DNA from: an uncultured Pseudomonadota bacterium
GTDB lineage: Bacteria > Babelota > Babeliae > Babelales > JAUPTZ01
DNA length: 64,000 nt
Reading direction: 5' to 3'
Assembly (NCBI GenBank): GCA_964429275.1
Contig: CAYSBJ010000001.1
Span: 201,776-265,775 of the forward strand
Positions 61,874 through 64,000 of the stretch are shown piece after piece. Within the stretch, counting starts at the first letter, position 1. Every line of letters begins with the position of its first letter. A program made the position numbers and the translations under genes. The notes beneath the pieces are model-generated. The model saw only the letters and a list, made by a program, of their open reading frames with translations. It made no database searches and was not told the DNA's origin.

Positions 61874-64000
61874 ATGTACTACACAGAAGAGCAGGCGTCT
61901 AATGCGCGCATCGGTGCGACTCGCGGCGTTGAGGCAGGAGTCTTACTAGGATTGAATGTTGCAAAGCGTAGTGCTGATACTCAAAACTTTTCTCGCGGAA
62001 AAGTTTCTGCCGTGCTTTTTCGGGCTAGCATCGGCTATGAGCGCGATGTTAACATTGAGCTCTTATTGCAAGAGCTTGAGAAGAATATTTATCCCGGTAT
62101 TACGACGCAAGAAATAGAGCGAGCCTTAGTGCTTTCGGCTCAATCTTTTATTGAACGTGATCCTGCGTACGGCAGAGTTGCTATGCGTTTGTTGCTAATG
62201 TCTTTGTACAAAGAGGTGCTGGGCGTTTCAAGCACAGCAGATAATCGTAAAGAATACTGCGCCAAGGGTTTTGCAACGTACCTTCAGAAAGGCGTTGGAG
62301 ACGGTGTTTTGTCGCCCGAGTTGCTTTCCGCTTTTGATCTTGATCGTTTGGCGGCGTACATTGATTTGGAGCGTGATCAGCTCTTTGAGTTTATGGGGCT
62401 CTATACTATTTATGAAAAATATATGCTTAAAGTTGGCGGTGCGCGTATAGAAGTTCCGCAGTACTTTTGGATGCGCATAGCGATGGGGATCGCGCTTGGT
62501 GAGAAGCCTGAAGATCGTATGGCGAAAGCAGAGCAATTTTACGATTTAATTTCTCAGTTCTCATATCTTCCTGGCACACCAACGTTGTTGCATTCGGGCA
62601 CCACTCGGTCGCAGTTGAGTTCTTGTTATATAACTACGATTACCGATGATCTTTTGCATATTTTTAAGTGCTTGAGTGATAATGCCCAGCTTTCTAAATA
62701 TTCTGGTGGTGTGGGGAATGACTGGACCAATTTGCGGGGGACTGGCTCTCTCATAAAGAGCATTGATGTGCAAAGCCAAGGGGTTGTGCCATTTTTAAAA
62801 TTAGTGAACGATGTTACCACGGTGATTAACCGCAGCGGTAAGCGTCGTGGTGCGACGGCAGTTTATTTGGAGACTTGGCACTTGGATATGGAAGATTACC
62901 TTGATCTTCGGCGCAATACCGGTGACGAGCGTCGACGTGCCCACGATATAAATACGGCAAACTGGATTCCTGATTTGTTTATGCAGCGTGTTGAACAGGA
63001 TGGGCAGTGGACGCTCTTTTCGCCCAGCGATACGCCAGATTTACATGATTTGTACGGCGCTGCCTTCAAGAAGCGGTACGAAGAGTATGAGGCAATGATT
63101 GCGCAAGGGTTGATTAAGCAATACAAGCAGCTTGAAGCTAAGCAATTGTGGAAAAAAATGCTGACGCGGATTTTTGAAACTGGGCATCCATGGATTACTT
63201 TTAAGGATGCATTCAATGTTCGTTCACCGCAAGATCATGCTGGTGTTATTCATAGCTCAAACCTTTGTACTGAAATTGGGTTAAATACTTCGGCCACCGA
63301 AACGGCGGTCTGTAATCTTGGTTCGGTTAATGTGGCGCGGCATATGGAGAATGGGCGACTGGATGAAGTTAAACTGGCTGCGACTATTAAACTTGCCATG
63401 AATATGTTGGACAATGTTATCGATATTAACTTTTATCCAACTATCGAAGCAAAGGTTTCAAACCTTCGACATCGGCCAACGGGGCTGGGGCTTATGGGAT
63501 TGCAAGATGCGCTTTTTATGCAAGGGCTGCCGTTTGATACTGAGCAGGCGGCGGTATTTTGCGATGAATTGATGGAGACGATTTCTTATTACGCGATAAA
63601 CGCATCTGCCGAATTAGCGCGTGATCGCGGTGTCTATGAATCGTTCAAAGGCTCAAAGTGGGATCGGGGTATTTTCCCGATAGATACGCTGGAGCTTTTG
63701 GAGCATGAGCGTGGTGAAACGGTAACGGTTGATCGCATTAGTCGAAAAGACTGGGCACCGGTACGTGAGGCAGTGAAGAAGTATGGTATGCGTAACTCCA
63801 ATACTATGGCGATAGCGCCAACGGTAACTATTGCCAATATTGCCGGTTGTGGAAACTGTATTGAGCCGATTTATAAAAATATGTATGTGAAAGCAAACCA
63901 ACAGGGAGAGTTCACGATTATAAATAAGTATTTAGTGGCAGCGCTTAAAGAGCGTGGCTTGTGGAATTATGACATGTGCCAGCGGATTAAATATTACGAT
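61874..64000 (+). CDS. nrdA: ribonucleoside-diphosphate reductase large (alpha) subunit, 3'-truncated by the window edge
   Basis: In-frame ORF open from the ATG at 61874 to the window end. It was not listed in the ORF track (presumably because it runs off the window edge). Carries an ATP-cone-like N-terminus (VAKRSADTQNFSRGKV), 'LPGTPTLLHSGT', the catalytic 'SNLCTEI', 'GLGLMG' and 'NSNTMAIAPT'. Confidence 0.9.
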   Translation, partial: MYYTEEQASNARIGATRGVEAGVLLGLNVAKRSADTQNFSRGKVSAVLFRASIGYERDVNIELLLQELEKNIYPGITTQEIERALVLSAQSFIERDPAYGRVAMRLLLMSLYKEVLGVSSTADNRKEYCAKGFATYLQKGVGDGVLSPELLSAFDLDRLAAYIDLERDQLFEFMGLYTIYEKYMLKVGGARIEVPQYFWMRIAMGIALGEKPEDRMAKAEQFYDLISQFSYLPGTPTLLHSGTTRSQLSSCYITTITDDLLHIFKCLSDNAQLSKYSGGVGNDWTNLRGTGSLIKSIDVQSQGVVPFLKLVNDVTTVINRSGKRRGATAVYLETWHLDMEDYLDLRRNTGDERRRAHDINTANWIPDLFMQRVEQDGQWTLFSPSDTPDLHDLYGAAFKKRYEEYEAMIAQGLIKQYKQLEAKQLWKKMLTRIFETGHPWITFKDAFNVRSPQDHAGVIHSSNLCTEIGLNTSATETAVCNLGSVNVARHMENGRLDEVKLAATIKLAMNMLDNVIDINFYPTIEAKVSNLRHRPTGLGLMGLQDALFMQGLPFDTEQAAVFCDELMETISYYAINASAELARDRGVYESFKGSKWDRGIFPIDTLELLEHERGETVTVDRISRKDWAPVREAVKKYGMRNSNTMAIAPTVTIANIAGCGNCIEPIYKNMYVKANQQGEFTIINKYLVAALKERGLWNYDMCQRIKYYD

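Overview
64-kb chromosomal window from a diderm (Gram-negative-type) bacterium of intermediate GC content. The phylum cannot be fixed from sequence alone. Gene content suggests a host-dependent lineage: scattered core information-processing genes, amino-acid and dicarboxylate importers, roughly two dozen orphan signal-peptide or lipoprotein genes, an AKKA-repeat H1-like nucleoid protein, and possible relics of biosynthesis and IS genes. Recognisable core genes are skp-like, pth, uvrB, pheT, lspA, a pgpA-like gene, comF-family, a HAD hydrolase, uppS, rsmE, aspS, a HIT protein, a DAACS symporter, two APC permeases, trpS, priA, RNase G/E-family, gatB, ruvA and a 3'-truncated nrdA. A type-A RNase P RNA lies on the minus strand at 42249-42659. 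No rRNA, tRNA or CRISPR array was seen. The most unusual region is 3.0-7.6 kb. It holds four fast-diverging exported paralogs on one strand, interleaved with three copies of a highly conserved ~120-170 nt noncoding module. That module ends in an intrinsic terminator whose stem covaries between copies. The array also contains a transposase relic and IS-end-like repeats, and a scrambled relative of the module's 3' part sits at the 3' end of the HIT gene. Other points worth follow-up: a three-gene paralog family of exported membrane proteins (16.5-21.6 kb) flanking a 170-aa protein with ~29 cysteines that has a long structured leader; cytosolic-type enzymes carrying export signals (a tandem AAA+ ATPase and two GNAT acetyltransferases); three tandem polytopic lipoprotein paralogs divergent from the AAA+ gene; a PSD-like protein lacking the G-S-T self-cleavage motif; a signal peptide separated from its ORF by a +1 frame change near A7 tracts; and a nested-palindrome repeat upstream of two genes. 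All functional calls rest on motif recognition by eye; no database search was run.
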